A stretch of 64,000 bases of DNA from an uncultured Alphaproteobacteria bacterium (GTDB lineage Bacteria; Pseudomonadota; Alphaproteobacteria; HIMB59; GCA-002718135), in contig CACBLW010000004.1 of assembly GCA_902540265.1 (NCBI GenBank), positions 12,901-76,900 of the forward strand, read 5' to 3'. This document shows positions 1 through 11,488 of this stretch, in pieces. Below the pieces are notes generated by a model that saw nothing but the letters and a program-made list of their open reading frames with translations, made no database searches and was not told where the DNA came from. Within the stretch, counting starts at the first letter, position 1, and every line of letters starts with the position of its first letter. Position numbers and translations under genes: made by a program.

Positions 1-2422
1 GGGTATGGAAGTATTGTGGCAAGCAGGGACAGATCATGCAGGAATAGCTACTCAGATGGTAGTTGAAAGAAAATTAAGTGAGTCAAACCTAGATCGACGA
101 TCTCTAGGTAGAAAAAAGTTTATTGAAAAAGTATGGGAATGGAAAAAAGAGTCGGGTGGTCAGATAAGTAATCAATTAAGAAGACTTGGTGCTTCTGCAG
201 ATTGGTCAAGAGAGAGATTTACTATGGATGATGGTCTTTCTAATGCAGTTAAGAAAGTTTTTGTTAATTTATTTAATGATGGAATTATTTATAAAGATAA
301 GAGATTGGTTAATTGGGATCCAAAACTTTTAACTGCTATTTCTGATCTAGAAGTAGAGCAAAGAGATACTGAAGGAAGTTTATGGCATATTAAATATCCT
401 ATAGATGAAAATAATCATATCATAGTTGCAACAACAAGACCTGAGACGATGTTAGGAGATACTGCAGTAGCTGTTCATCCAGATGATAAAAAATATAAAA
501 ATTTAATTGGTAAATTTTGTAACTTACCAATTTCAAATAAAAAAATACCAATCATTGCTGATGAATATGCAGATCCTGAAAAAGGTTCTGGAGCTGTGAA
601 AATTACTCCTGCACATGACTTTAATGATTTTGAGGTAGGAAAAAGACATGATTTAGAATTTATTAATATTTTTGATGAAAATGCTAAACTGAATTCAAAT
701 GTGCCTGAAGAATTTAGAAATTTAGATAGATTTGAAGCAAGAAAACTAATTTTAAAAAAATTAGATGAAATGAATTTATTAATTAAAGAAGAAAAACAGC
801 AAATGGTCATACCATATGGTGATAGATCAGGTGTTATTATTGAGCCATGGCTGACAGACCAATGGTTTTGTGATGCAAAAAAATTATCAGTAGACCCAAT
901 ATCAGCTGTTAAAGATAATAGGTCTAAATTTATTCCCAAACAATGGGAAAATACATTTTATAATTGGATGGAAAATATTCAACCGTGGTGTATTTCAAGA
1001 CAGTTATGGTGGGGGCATCAAATTCCTGCATGGTATGGTCCAGATAATAAATATTTTGTTTGTGAAAGTTTAGAAGAAGCACAAAATCAAGCAAAAGAAT
1101 TTTATGGAGAGGATGTTGAGCTTAAACAAGATGAAGATGTTCTGGATACTTGGTTTTCTTCTGCTCTATGGACATTCTCTACTTTAGATTGGCCAAATAA
1201 AACTTATGAATTAGATAAGTTTTATCCTGGTAATGTTTTAGTTACTGGTTTTGATATCATATTTTTTTGGGTTGCACGGATGATGATGATGGGTTCTTAT
1301 TTTATGAAAGAAACTCCATTTAAAGATATTTATATTCATCCTTTAATACGTGATGAAAAAGGACAAAAAATGTCTAAATCAAAAGGGAACATAATTGATC
1401 CTTTAGAGCTATTAGATAAATATGGAGCTGATACATTAAGATTTACATTAACAGCATTATTAAATCCTGGACGAGATGTAAAATTATCTGAAGCTAGAGT
1501 TAAAGGATATAAATCTTTTACAAATAAAATTTGGAATGCTGGAAAATTTTTACAATTGAATAATTCAATTTTTGTAGATGATATTTCAATAGATACAATT
1601 ATTTTTGATGCAAACAAATGGATAATAAAAGAATTGAATGATTTGAACACTCAACTTGATCAATTAACTAAAAAGTATTTGTTTCATGAAATAGCTAATA
1701 AAATTTATCATTTCGTATGGCATACTTATTGTGATTGGTACATTGAAATTATTAAACAAAATTTTGTAAATGAAAAATTTGCTGATGAAATTAAAAAAGT
1801 TTCTGGATGGACATTTATTCAAGTTTTAAAGATTATACATCCCATTATGCCATTTATCAGTGAAAAATTATGGAGATCTTTAGTTGATGATAAGTCATAT
1901 TTAATGAACCAAGTTTTTCAAAATTATTCAACAAATAATTCTTTTAATAATTCTAAAAAAAACTTCGAAATATTTATTGAATTCATAACATCTATAAGAA
2001 ATTTAAGATCAGAACTAAATATATCATATAAACAATTAATTAATATCTCCATAGAAGCTAAAAATGAAGAACTTAATATTTTTCTAATTGCATATAAAAA
2101 TGAAATAAGTAATTTTTTAAAAACAAAAGATATTAGTTTTGATAAAATTCAGCCAAATAAGAATTCAGCTTTAATTGTATTAACATCATTGTCAGTTTTA
2201 ATCCCTTTGGATGGTATTATTGACTCAGAAACAGAGCTAAAAAAATTAAATAAGAAAAAGCAAGTTGAGCAAGAAAAATTTAATAAAGTTAATGACAAAT
2301 TAAACAATGATAACTTTATGAATAAAGCTTCAGAAGAAATTATTAATAAATTTAAGAATGAGGCAAATATTTATAAATCTTCTATTGAAAAAATTGATCA
2401 AATAATAAATACTATCAAATAG
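1..2422 (+). CDS. valS: valyl-tRNA synthetase, 5'-truncated by window edge
   Basis: The ORF is open to the window start. It has the class I aaRS KMSKS motif (KMSKSKGN), the [14 protein letters not shown] segment, and the long C-terminal coiled coil typical of ValRS. Confidence 0.95.
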   Translation, partial: GMEVLWQAGTDHAGIATQMVVERKLSESNLDRRSLGRKKFIEKVWEWKKESGGQISNQLRRLGASADWSRERFTMDDGLSNAVKKVFVNLFNDGIIYKDKRLVNWDPKLLTAISDLEVEQRDTEGSLWHIKYPIDENNHIIVATTRPETMLGDTAVAVHPDDKKYKNLIGKFCNLPISNKKIPIIADEYADPEKGSGAVKITPAHDFNDFEVGKRHDLEFINIFDENAKLNSNVPEEFRNLDRFEARKLILKKLDEMNLLIKEEKQQMVIPYGDRSGVIIEPWLTDQWFCDAKKLSVDPISAVKDNRSKFIPKQWENTFYNWMENIQPWCISRQLWWGHQIPAWYGPDNKYFVCESLEEAQNQAKEFYGEDVELKQDEDVLDTWFSSALWTFSTLDWPNKTYELDKFYPGNVLVTGFDIIFFWVARMMMMGSYFMKETPFKDIYIHPLIRDEKGQKMSKSKGNIIDPLELLDKYGADTLRFTLTALLNPGRDVKLSEARVKGYKSFTNKIWNAGKFLQLNNSIFVDDISIDTIIFDANKWIIKELNDLNTQLDQLTKKYLFHEIANKIYHFVWHTYCDWYIEIIKQNFVNEKFADEIKKVSGWTFIQVLKIIHPIMPFISEKLWRSLVDDKSYLMNQVFQNYSTNNSFNNSKKNFEIFIEFITSIRNLRSELNISYKQLINISIEAKNEELNIFLIAYKNEISNFLKTKDISFDKIQPNKNSALIVLTSLSVLIPLDGIIDSETELKKLNKKKQVEQEKFNKVNDKLNNDNFMNKASEEIINKFKNEANIYKSSIEKIDQIINTIK

Positions 2423-2423
2423 A

Positions 2424-4154
2424 ATGGAAGATAAGGGATCAAATAGAAAATCTAATCTACCTAGTAGATATGTTAGTGTAGGCCCAAAAAGTGCACCTCA
2501 TAGATCTTATTATTATGCTATGGGTTTGAAAGAACATGAAATTTATCAACCATTTGTTGGCGTTGTTAGCACCTGGAATGAATCAGCTCCTTGCAACATT
2601 ACTCTCCAAGATCAAGCGCAACATGTGAAGACAGGTGTAAAAGATGCTGGAGGAACACCAAGAGAATTTACAACTATAACAGTAACAGATGGAATTGCTA
2701 TGGGCCATGAGGCAATGAAATCCTCTCTTATTAGTAGAGAGGTTATTGCAGACTCAATTGAACTATCTGTGAGAGGTCACTGTTATGACGCAATAGTTGG
2801 GCTTGCTGGCTGTGATAAATCTTTGCCAGGTTTAATGATGGCTATGGTTAGATTAAATGTACCATCTGTATTCATTTATGGAGGTTCAATCTTACCTGGA
2901 AAATACAAGGGTAAAGATGTTACTGTTATAGATGTTTTTGAAGCTGTAGGAAAACATGCTGCTGGAACTATCTCAGATAAAGATTTAAAGGATATTGAAC
3001 AAGTTGCTTGCCCATCTGCTGGATCGTGTGGAGGTCAGTTTACAGCAAATACAATGGCATGTATTTCTGAAGCAGTTGGTTTAGCTCTAACTAATTCAGC
3101 TATGCCACCAGCAGTAAATACTGAAGAAAGAAAAGCTTATGGCGAAAAGAGTGGTAAAGCTATAATGAATTTATTAGAAAAAAATATAAGACCAAGGGAT
3201 ATAGTAACTATTGATTCGTTAGTAAACGCTGCAAGAGTAGTTGCAGCTACTGGAGGCTCAACTAATGCAGCACTCCATCTTCCCGCCATAGCGAATGAAG
3301 CAGGTTTAAAATTCACATTAAGAGATGTTGTAGAAATTTATAATTCAACTCCTTATATCGGAGATATGCAACCTGGTGGAAAGTACGTTGCTAAAGATTT
3401 ATATGATGTAGGAGGTGTGCCAGTTGTTATTAAATCTTTATTAGATGGTGGTTATATAAACGGAGACTGCATAACCGTTACAGGAAAAACGATATCTGAA
3501 AATCATCAAGAAGTAATATTCCCTACAAATCAAGATGTTGTTTATAAATGTGATAATCCAATTAGCGAAAATAGTTCAGTCGTAGGGCTGTGGGGTAATC
3601 TTGCTCCAGATGGATGTATATCAAAAATTGCAGGTTTAAAAAATTTAACTTTTAAAGGAAAAGCTAAATGTTTTGACTCAGAAGAAGATGCTTTAACTGC
3701 AGTTTTAAAAAATGAAATTAAAGCAGGAGATGCGGTAATAATTAGATATGAAGGCCCTAAAGGAGGACCTGGTATGCGTGAAATGCTTTCAACAACAGGC
3801 GCAATATATGGGCAAGGATTAGGTGAAACTGTTGCTTTAATTACAGATGGACGATTCTCAGGTGGTACAAGAGGATTTTGCATTGGTCATGTAGGACCAG
3901 AAGCAGCTGTAGGAGGTATGATAGGTCTACTCAAAGATGGGGATGAGATTATTATTGATGCTGTTAAAGGCGAAATCAACGTTACGCTTTCAGATCAAGA
4001 AATAGAAAAGAGAAAAAAAGAATGGAAGCCACGAAAAACTAATCATAATTCTGGATCTATATGGAAATATTCTCAAACTGTTGGGCCAGCTTACGAGGGT
4101 GCTGTTACTCAACCAGGAGCTAAAGATGAAACGCATACATACGCAGATATTTAA
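2424..4154 (+). CDS. ilvD: dihydroxy-acid dehydratase
   Basis: 576 aa in the IlvD/Edd family, with the [11 protein letters not shown] and [12 protein letters not shown] segments. It starts 1 nt after the valS stop. Confidence 0.93.
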   Translation: MEDKGSNRKSNLPSRYVSVGPKSAPHRSYYYAMGLKEHEIYQPFVGVVSTWNESAPCNITLQDQAQHVKTGVKDAGGTPREFTTITVTDGIAMGHEAMKSSLISREVIADSIELSVRGHCYDAIVGLAGCDKSLPGLMMAMVRLNVPSVFIYGGSILPGKYKGKDVTVIDVFEAVGKHAAGTISDKDLKDIEQVACPSAGSCGGQFTANTMACISEAVGLALTNSAMPPAVNTEERKAYGEKSGKAIMNLLEKNIRPRDIVTIDSLVNAARVVAATGGSTNAALHLPAIANEAGLKFTLRDVVEIYNSTPYIGDMQPGGKYVAKDLYDVGGVPVVIKSLLDGGYINGDCITVTGKTISENHQEVIFPTNQDVVYKCDNPISENSSVVGLWGNLAPDGCISKIAGLKNLTFKGKAKCFDSEEDALTAVLKNEIKAGDAVIIRYEGPKGGPGMREMLSTTGAIYGQGLGETVALITDGRFSGGTRGFCIGHVGPEAAVGGMIGLLKDGDEIIIDAVKGEINVTLSDQEIEKRKKEWKPRKTNHNSGSIWKYSQTVGPAYEGAVTQPGAKDETHTYADI

Positions 4155-4156
4155 TA

Positions 4157-4942
4157 TTAATTAACTAATTCAATTGTAACTGGAGTGTGATCAGAAGCTT
4201 TCTCCCAACCTCTTGGTTCACGATTAACATTAACTGATTTAATTAAATCAGTTACTTCTGGAGTAGTAAGAAAATGATCAATTCTAAGACCATTACCTTT
4301 TTGCCAACTTCCACCTCTATAACCCCAAAAGGTCCAGTTTGTATTTCCATCAACAAAGTATTTAACTGTATCAACAAAACCTAAATTCAAAAGATTTCTA
4401 AATTTCTCTCTTGTTAATGGATGGGCACAAGCATCATTTTTAAAATTTTCTGGTGAATACACATCTTCATCATTAGGTATTACATTAAAATCTCCGCCTA
4501 TAATAATTGGTTGATTATTATCAATTAATTCTTTGATATATTTATTAAAATTTATCATCCAATCAATTTTGTAATCAAATTTTTCTGTTTCAATTGGATT
4601 TCCATTTGGAAGATAAATATTTATTAATTTAATTTTATTTTTTATATTTTTTAAGGATATTTCTGTTTCAATAAATCTGGAATTTACATCTTGGTAATTA
4701 GGAATATTTAAGTTTGAAATTTCAATACTTTCTTTACTGAGTATTGCTACTCCATTCCAGGCCTTTTGCCCATTTACATAACATTTATAATTAATTTTTT
4801 CTAATTCCTCTTTGGGAAAACTTTCATTTGTGCATTTTAATTCTTGAATTAAATATAAATCTGATTGATCTTTTTTTATAAATTTTATTAAATGTTCTAT
4901 TCTTGCATTAACTGAATTAACATTCCATGTAGTAATTTTCAT
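4157..4942 (-). CDS. xthA: exodeoxyribonuclease III / AP endonuclease
   Basis: 261 aa. The N-terminal ITTWNVNS and C-terminal SDHTPV segments are typical of the ExoIII (EEP) family. Confidence 0.88.
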   Translation of the reverse strand: MKITTWNVNSVNARIEHLIKFIKKDQSDLYLIQELKCTNESFPKEELEKINYKCYVNGQKAWNGVAILSKESIEISNLNIPNYQDVNSRFIETEISLKNIKNKIKLINIYLPNGNPIETEKFDYKIDWMINFNKYIKELIDNNQPIIIGGDFNVIPNDEDVYSPENFKNDACAHPLTREKFRNLLNLGFVDTVKYFVDGNTNWTFWGYRGGSWQKGNGLRIDHFLTTPEVTDLIKSVNVNREPRGWEKASDHTPVTIELVN

Positions 4943-5269
4943 TTATATTGAAAAAGAAGTACCACACCCACATGATGAAGATGCTAGTGGATTAGAAATT
5001 TTAAATGATGATCCAATTAATTCATTAACATAATCAATTTTCGATCCTTTTATTAATTCAATTGAAGTTTTATCTATCAATACATCAGCATTTTTATAAT
5101 TAAAGATTAAATCATCATCATTTGGTTTATCAGAAAAATCAAATTTATATTGAAATCCAGCACAACCACCACCTAATACAGTAATTCTAAAATATTTAGA
5201 TTTTTCAGAGAGAAGTATCTTGTTGATATGTTTTTGGGCACTTTCTGTTACTTCAATTATATTGTCCAT
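4943..5269 (-). CDS. erpA: iron-sulfur cluster insertion protein (HesB/IscA/ErpA family)
   Basis: 108 aa with a C-terminal CGCGTSF cluster-ligand motif. The stop abuts the xthA start with no spacer. Confidence 0.8.
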   Translation of the reverse strand: MDNIIEVTESAQKHINKILLSEKSKYFRITVLGGGCAGFQYKFDFSDKPNDDDLIFNYKNADVLIDKTSIELIKGSKIDYVNELIGSSFKISNPLASSSCGCGTSFSI

Positions 5270-5323
5270 TTATCTAAATATTGTTATTAGTTATTTTTTT
5301 ACAACTATAATATAAATTTTCTT

Positions 5324-6442
5324 ATGTTCAAACATTTAGCTTCCAATCCAGATAATTCAAATGGAAGATTATATAATGAGCTAGATGATGATTTGAGAAA
5401 TCCATTTGAAAGAGATAGAGCTAGAGTTATTCACTCTAATTCTTTTAGAAAATTAAAACACAAAACCCAAGTTTTTATTGAAAGTGAGAGTGATTATTTT
5501 AGGACTAGACTAACTCATTCTTTGGAAGTTGCCCAAATATCAAGATCAATTTGTAGATTACTTGAATTAGATGAAGATCTAGGTGAAACAGTTGCTCTCG
5601 CACATGATTTAGGTCATCCTCCTTTTGGTCATATTGGTGAAGATGCACTTGATAATTCAATGAAAAAGTTTGGAGGTTTTAATCATAATGATCAAACCTT
5701 GAGAGTTTTAACATTTATAGAAAAAAGACACCCTGATTTTGATGGATTAAATCTAACATGGGAGAGCTTAGAGGGAATAATAAAACATAATGGAATTTTG
5801 AGTGATCATTTACCTTATCACTTAGATAATTATTCAAAATTACACAATCTAAATCTAACTGATCAACCTTATTTAGAATCACAGATAGCAAGTATTTCTG
5901 ATGATATCGCTTATAATAATCACGATGTAGAGGATGCTATTAGAGCAAACTTAATATCATTAGATGATATTGCAGAGTTAAGTTTTTTTGAAAAAATTAT
6001 AATTAATTTAAAGGATCACTACAAAGATATTCCAAATAAACTTCTAGTATATCAAGTTTTAAGAAACTCAATATCAAATATGATAAATGATATATATGAA
6101 ACTACAAAAAAAAATTTAATTGAAAATAATATCAATTCTATTGATGATATACGTAAAAAAAATAATTTTGTTGTTTCATTTTCAAATGAAATGAGGAAAA
6201 ATTGTGACATAATTAAAAAATTCTTATTTGATAAAGTTTATAATCACAGTCATTTATCAGATAAGAGACAGTATTCAAAAAAGGTAATATCTACTTTGTT
6301 TACTTATTTCGTAAAAAATAATAATAAACTACCAGTAGATTGGAGAAATCAAAATATTGAAATTGAAAGATTAATTTGTGATTATATTTCAGGAATGACG
6401 GATAGATTTGCTCTAAATTTGTATAAGGAGATTAGTGAATAA
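5324..6442 (+). CDS. dgt: dGTP triphosphohydrolase-like HD-domain protein
   Basis: 372 aa with the HD-domain motifs HSLEVAQISR and HDLGHPPFGH. Confidence 0.85.
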   Translation: MFKHLASNPDNSNGRLYNELDDDLRNPFERDRARVIHSNSFRKLKHKTQVFIESESDYFRTRLTHSLEVAQISRSICRLLELDEDLGETVALAHDLGHPPFGHIGEDALDNSMKKFGGFNHNDQTLRVLTFIEKRHPDFDGLNLTWESLEGIIKHNGILSDHLPYHLDNYSKLHNLNLTDQPYLESQIASISDDIAYNNHDVEDAIRANLISLDDIAELSFFEKIIINLKDHYKDIPNKLLVYQVLRNSISNMINDIYETTKKNLIENNINSIDDIRKKNNFVVSFSNEMRKNCDIIKKFLFDKVYNHSHLSDKRQYSKKVISTLFTYFVKNNNKLPVDWRNQNIEIERLICDYISGMTDRFALNLYKEISE

Positions 6443-8165
6443 TTTTATAAAAGACCTTTCAGATTTTTTATTTGATTTTACAGATTTTTTAGAGAGTAAT
6501 AAATTCATATCTCCAATCAATAAAAAACAGATTAGCATCGATTATTCTTCAAATAATAAACAAGGTGATTTGGCAACGAACTTTAATTTAATTGTTAGAA
6601 GAAAAATTATTAATGAAAATTTTAATATTGAAAAAGAACTAAATGATAGAATTAAATCAATCGAATTTATTGATCATTTTGAGGTTTCAAAAAATGGTTT
6701 TATAAATTTTTTTCTAAAAGATGAATTTGTATTAAGAAGTTTAAAAGAAATTTATAGTAAAAATTTTTTAAATCATGTTAATTATGGTGCAGATAGAAAA
6801 ATAAATGTCGAATTTGTTTCAGCTAATCCAACTGGACCATTGCATATAGCTCATATAAGAGGTGCTGTATTTGGAGATGTATTAAGCTCTCTTTATACTA
6901 AAACAGGTTTTGATGTTACTAGAGAGTATTACGTTAACGATGCAGGTTCTCAAATTGATAAATTATCAAACTCTCTTTTGAAACGATATTTACAATTATT
7001 TGATAAAAAAATTGAGTTAGAAGAAGATGAGTATCCTGGTGAATACTTAATAGATATTGCCAAAAAAATTAAAAATGAAGATGGTGATAAGTGGCTAAAC
7101 TTTCAGCAAGAAGAAACTATTCAATATTTTAAAAATTTCGCATTAAAAAATATACTTTTAAGCATAAAATCAGATTTAGAATTAATAAACATAAGATTTG
7201 ATAAATTTACTCATGAAACTGAAATAGAAAAAAGTAAAATTATTGACGAACTTTTTTCAATCTTGGATGAAAAAAAATTACTATATGAAGGTATTTTAGA
7301 GAAACCAAAGGGTGATGATTCTGATTGGGAGCCAAGAGAGCAATTATTATTTAGATCCTCTAAATTACTAGACAATGAAGATCGAGCATTAAAAAAATCA
7401 AATGGTGAATGGACCTATTTTGCAAATGATGCAGCATATCATTTAGATAAATGTAAAAGAAATTTTGATAGGTTAGTCAATATCTGGGGTTCTGATCATA
7501 TTGGTTATATTCCAAGAATGAACTCGTTAATTAAGGCCATTAAAGATGATGAAACTTATTTAAATATTTTAACTTGTCAGATTGTAAGTCTAATTGAAAA
7601 TAAACGAAAAATTAAAATGTCCAAAAGATCTGGAAATTTTGTGACATTGGCTAATGTTCATTCTAAGGTTGGAAAAGATCCTATAAGGTACTACATGATT
7701 TCTACTAAAAATGAGACAGCAATTGATTTTGATTTAGATGCTGTTGTTGAAAAAAATAAAGATAATAAAGTTTTTTACTGTCAATATGCACACGCTAGAG
7801 CTTCATCAGTAATTAATAAAGCAAACGAATTAGGTATAAAAATTAAAAATGATTATAATTTTACTGCAATACAAAATCTATCTGATGAGGAGTTAAAATT
7901 AATCAAAAAGTTAATTTGTTATCCTTATTTGTTGTATCAATCATCATATTATAATGAACCACATAGACTAATCAATTACTTAGAAGAAATATCCTCTGAT
8001 TTCCATTCAATTTGGAATAAAGGTAAAGATAATGAATCACTTCGTTTTATAGATGAAAAAAATGCAGAAAAGACAATTTCAAAAATATTTTGGTTGGAGT
8101 CATTTAGAGTTGTTTTAAAAGATATATTTTCAATTATTGATATAAGCGCACCTGAAACAATGTAA
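6435..8165 (+). CDS. argS: arginyl-tRNA synthetase
   Basis: 576 aa with a class I HIGH-type motif (PTGPLHIAHIRG), the MSKRSGN segment, and an ArgRS-type C-terminal anticodon-binding region. It overlaps the dgt stop by 8 nt. Confidence 0.92.
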   Translation: MNNFIKDLSDFLFDFTDFLESNKFISPINKKQISIDYSSNNKQGDLATNFNLIVRRKIINENFNIEKELNDRIKSIEFIDHFEVSKNGFINFFLKDEFVLRSLKEIYSKNFLNHVNYGADRKINVEFVSANPTGPLHIAHIRGAVFGDVLSSLYTKTGFDVTREYYVNDAGSQIDKLSNSLLKRYLQLFDKKIELEEDEYPGEYLIDIAKKIKNEDGDKWLNFQQEETIQYFKNFALKNILLSIKSDLELINIRFDKFTHETEIEKSKIIDELFSILDEKKLLYEGILEKPKGDDSDWEPREQLLFRSSKLLDNEDRALKKSNGEWTYFANDAAYHLDKCKRNFDRLVNIWGSDHIGYIPRMNSLIKAIKDDETYLNILTCQIVSLIENKRKIKMSKRSGNFVTLANVHSKVGKDPIRYYMISTKNETAIDFDLDAVVEKNKDNKVFYCQYAHARASSVINKANELGIKIKNDYNFTAIQNLSDEELKLIKKLICYPYLLYQSSYYNEPHRLINYLEEISSDFHSIWNKGKDNESLRFIDEKNAEKTISKIFWLESFRVVLKDIFSIIDISAPETM

Positions 8166-8677
8166 TGATTAAAAGAATTATTTTTAAAAGAAAAAATAAT
8201 TATATCCTAAAATATTCTTTATTATTATTACTATTTATTATTATTCTTTATCTTATCTCTTTTTATTATTTTAGTAATAGGGAGTATTTTGTCATTCCTA
8301 AATTTACTGATAAATATTTTGTTATTCCTACTAATAAAGAAGGTGAGGTTGTTGATTATTTAGACAAGAAAAGTTTAAATAACATAGATAATGAAATTCA
8401 AGATTTTGATTTTAAAAATATAGACGAACTTGATTTTACAATTCAATTATATAGCAATGATAATTTTGAAAATATTAATAAATACTTTAACAATTTATTA
8501 GAAAATAAAAAAGAAATTATAGATCATGAAGATATTTTTATTTTTTATAAAAAAACTGAAATAGGTACTCAATATTTTATTACCTATAAAAATTATATTT
8601 CTAAGAATAATGCTTTTGAAGCTTGTGATTTATTAACTATTGTTAAGAGTTGCATAATACTTAATTTACAAAATTAA
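8165..8677 (+). CDS. membrane-anchored SPOR-domain-like protein
   Basis: 170 aa with one N-terminal TM helix. The C-terminal region (FTIQLYSNDNF ... YFITYKNYISKNNAFEACDLL) follows the SPOR repeat pattern. Its position after argS matches alphaproteobacterial synteny as I remember it. Confidence 0.5.
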   Translation: MIKRIIFKRKNNYILKYSLLLLLFIIILYLISFYYFSNREYFVIPKFTDKYFVIPTNKEGEVVDYLDKKSLNNIDNEIQDFDFKNIDELDFTIQLYSNDNFENINKYFNNLLENKKEIIDHEDIFIFYKKTEIGTQYFITYKNYISKNNAFEACDLLTIVKSCIILNLQN

Positions 8678-8717
8678 TAATATTGAGAGAATCTCAATAA
8701 TTTTATATAAAAAAATT

Positions 8718-9485
8718 GTGTTAAATGTTCCAGATACAGAAATAAAAGAAGGTCAATTTAATCTATTATTAGACAATTTTGAGGGCCCCATAGACCTTTT
8801 GTTGGTATTGGCTAGATCACAGAAGGTTGATTTATCTGATATATCTATATCTGAATTGGCTGATCAATATATTAATTTTATTAATCAATATAGAAATATT
8901 CATATTGAAATAGCTGCAGATTATTTAGTAATGGCAGCGTGGCTAACGTATTTGAAATCAAGATTACTATTACCAAAAGAAGAAAAAACAGATGAATATA
9001 CAGCCGATGAGTTAGAAGAGGCTTTAAAATATCAATTACAGAGACTAGAGGCTTTTCAAAATATTTCTAAAATCATATATTCAAGACCTCTTATTAATAG
9101 AGATGTATTTTATGGAGGGTCATCTGAGGGTCTCAAAGTTAAATATAATATAAATTATACATCAAATTTATTTGACTTACTAAAATCATATAGTCAAATA
9201 CTTAAATCGAATGAAAAGGTAAAACAATTAACTATTGAGTATTCAGAACTTTATTCAGTTGATCAAGCAGTTAAAAGATTAAAAGGTATTTTTGGAAATA
9301 TTACAGAATGGACTAATTTTTTTAATGTAATTCCAAATTTAATTAAAGCTAATAAAACAATTAATAAATCAATTATCTCATCTAACTTTGTTGCTTCTTT
9401 AGAATTATCAAAAAATGGCTTTATTGATTTAAAACAAGATGAAAGTTTTGGTAATATTTATATAAAATTTAATCAAAATGGATAA
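8718..9485 (+). CDS. scpA: segregation and condensation protein A
   Basis: 255 aa with a GTG start. The N-terminal FEGPIDLLLVLARSQKVDLSDISISELADQY segment is typical of ScpA kleisins. Confidence 0.85.
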   Translation: MLNVPDTEIKEGQFNLLLDNFEGPIDLLLVLARSQKVDLSDISISELADQYINFINQYRNIHIEIAADYLVMAAWLTYLKSRLLLPKEEKTDEYTADELEEALKYQLQRLEAFQNISKIIYSRPLINRDVFYGGSSEGLKVKYNINYTSNLFDLLKSYSQILKSNEKVKQLTIEYSELYSVDQAVKRLKGIFGNITEWTNFFNVIPNLIKANKTINKSIISSNFVASLELSKNGFIDLKQDESFGNIYIKFNQNG

Positions 9486-10113
9486 TAAAGATATAAAAAT
9501 TTTAGAAGCAATATTATTTGCATCAGGAGAGCCACTTGATGAAAATGATTTAAAAGAAAAAATTAAAGAAAAAAATAATATAAGTGAGCTATTACTAGAA
9601 ATTAAAGATTTTTATAAAAATAGAGGTATTAATTTAATCAAAACTGGTAACAAATGGTCTTTTAGAACTGCTGAAAATCTCAGTGATGAATTAACTATTT
9701 TTAAAACACAGAAAAGAAAATTATCAAGAGCAGCACTAGAAACATTATCTATAATTGCTTACCAACAACCAATAACAAGATCAGAAATTGAAAATATCAG
9801 AGGTGTTCAAATGGGAAGAGGCTCTCTAGATCATTTGATGGAAATAGGATGGATACGTCCTTCAGGTAGGAAAAGTATACCTGGTAAACCAACTGTATGG
9901 TCTACCACAGATTTGTTTGTTGAACATTTTGGATTGAATAGTTTATCTGATTTACCTAATAAAGAGGAGCTAAAGGCAAGTGGTTTTCTAGATAAACGTG
10001 CTGCGATTGCAACTATAAGTGATCTTGCTAAAAATGATGAAAATTTACAAAGTAATGATAATTTAGAACAGGATGATGAAAATAATATTGATGATTTTAT
10101 TTCAAATAATTAA
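9478..10113 (+). CDS. scpB: segregation and condensation protein B
   Basis: 211 aa with the LEAILFASGEPL and ALETLSIIAYQQPITRSEIENIRG winged-helix segments. It overlaps scpA by 8 nt. Confidence 0.85.
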   Translation: MDNKDIKILEAILFASGEPLDENDLKEKIKEKNNISELLLEIKDFYKNRGINLIKTGNKWSFRTAENLSDELTIFKTQKRKLSRAALETLSIIAYQQPITRSEIENIRGVQMGRGSLDHLMEIGWIRPSGRKSIPGKPTVWSTTDLFVEHFGLNSLSDLPNKEELKASGFLDKRAAIATISDLAKNDENLQSNDNLEQDDENNIDDFISNN

Positions 10114-10125
10114 TTAATTTTATTA

Positions 10126-11451
10126 TCAACAATCTAGAGTGTTATCTTTTTCCCATTTAGTCACTGATCTTTTTTTATCAAATCGTCCCTGTTTTTTGAA
10201 AGCGTCTAATTCGTTTCTCTTTAATTTTATATAACTATTAATATTTTTTTTTCCAAACGCTTTATTTAGAACTTTACTATTACCTAACATATTTAATGCT
10301 TCAGAAATATTATTTGGTAGCTTAGGTAAATTAGGATATTTCTTATAATCTGCATACATATTACAGAATAAAGGTTCCCCTGGATTTATTTTTTTATCTA
10401 TGCCTTCTAAACCAGCAGCAAGCACGCCAGCCTGTAATAAATATGGATTAGCCGAACCATCCATTAACCTAAGTTCAAATCTTCCTTTTTCAGGAATTCT
10501 GATCATATGTGTTCTATTATTTCCTGTATAAGATATGCTGCTAGGAGACCAAGTTGCCCCTGATTTAGTTGGTGGAGCATTTATTCTTCTGTAACTGTTT
10601 ATTGTCGGATTAAAAAAAGCTGATAAAGGTTGAGCATTCTTAATCACTCCACCTAAAAAATTGTAACCCAATTTGCTAAGACCTAATTTATCTTTCTTAT
10701 CTAGAAATTGATTTTTACCATTTCTCCAAACAGAAATATGTGCATGGCAACCATTACCTGTTAAATTATTGAATGGTTTTGGCATAAATGTTGCTCTTAG
10801 ATCATGTTTTTCAGCTAAATTTTTAACCATAAATTTAAAAAATACGTGTCTATCTGCAGTTACTAAACAATCTGAGTAATCCCAATTCATTTCAAATTGA
10901 CCATTCGCATCTTCATGGTCATTTTGATAAGGTTTCCATCCTAACTCAATCATACTGTCACATATCTCTTTAATTAAATCATATCTTCTCATTAATGCTG
11001 ATTGATCATAACATGGTTTTGACTGTATATCTCTTTGGTCAGCAATAGATGACCCATCTTCAGAGATTAAAAAATATTCACACTCAACACCTGACTTCAT
11101 TTGAAGTTTTTTTTCACTTAATTTTTTTATTTGATTTTTCAACATTACTCTAGGTGATGCATCTACAGCTACACCATCCATATATAAATCTGAAGCTAAC
11201 CATCCTATTTCTTTATTCCATGGCAATTGAATTAAACTATTTGGATCAGGTATTGCAAACATATCACTGTCTGCTGGCGACATATCTAGCCAAGTAGCAA
11301 AACCTGCAAAACCAGCTCCATTCTTTTGCATCTCATTAATTGCTTGTGCTGGTACTAACTTTGATCTTAACACTCCAAATAAATCTACAAAACTTATTAG
11401 AAAATATTTAATTTTTTTAGATTTGGCTATTTGAGACAAATTTTTAGGCAT
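10126..11451 (-). CDS. gmaS: type III glutamine synthetase-like enzyme, probable gamma-glutamylmethylamide synthetase
   Basis: 441 aa with a glutamine-synthetase catalytic domain (NGCHAHISVW, RIPEKGRFELR). It is the last gene of a GATase2 / GXGXG / FMN-GltS string, which is the mgsABC-gmaS gene order. Confidence 0.65.
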   Translation of the reverse strand: MPKNLSQIAKSKKIKYFLISFVDLFGVLRSKLVPAQAINEMQKNGAGFAGFATWLDMSPADSDMFAIPDPNSLIQLPWNKEIGWLASDLYMDGVAVDASPRVMLKNQIKKLSEKKLQMKSGVECEYFLISEDGSSIADQRDIQSKPCYDQSALMRRYDLIKEICDSMIELGWKPYQNDHEDANGQFEMNWDYSDCLVTADRHVFFKFMVKNLAEKHDLRATFMPKPFNNLTGNGCHAHISVWRNGKNQFLDKKDKLGLSKLGYNFLGGVIKNAQPLSAFFNPTINSYRRINAPPTKSGATWSPSSISYTGNNRTHMIRIPEKGRFELRLMDGSANPYLLQAGVLAAGLEGIDKKINPGEPLFCNMYADYKKYPNLPKLPNNISEALNMLGNSKVLNKAFGKKNINSYIKLKRNELDAFKKQGRFDKKRSVTKWEKDNTLDC

Positions 11452-11488
11452 TAAATATAATATGAATAAAATTACTAAGTAGCAATAT

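Noticed and set aside
475-1650. Two minus-strand ORFs (475-939, 1336-1650) inside valS
   Set aside because: They are entirely antisense to a strongly supported valS frame. Their products are low-complexity with no recognisable motifs, which is typical of shadow ORFs.
3542-3883. Minus-strand 113-aa ORF inside ilvD
   Set aside because: It is antisense to the conserved IlvD C-terminal region, Pro/Ser-rich, and has no start context. It is a shadow ORF.
8681-8699. Hairpin TATTGAGA-gaa-TCTCAATA after the SPOR-like gene, as a possible terminator
   Set aside because: The stem is AT-rich with a 3-nt loop and no uninterrupted T-run (the following sequence is ATTTTATATAAAAAAA). It is too weak to call in AT-rich DNA.
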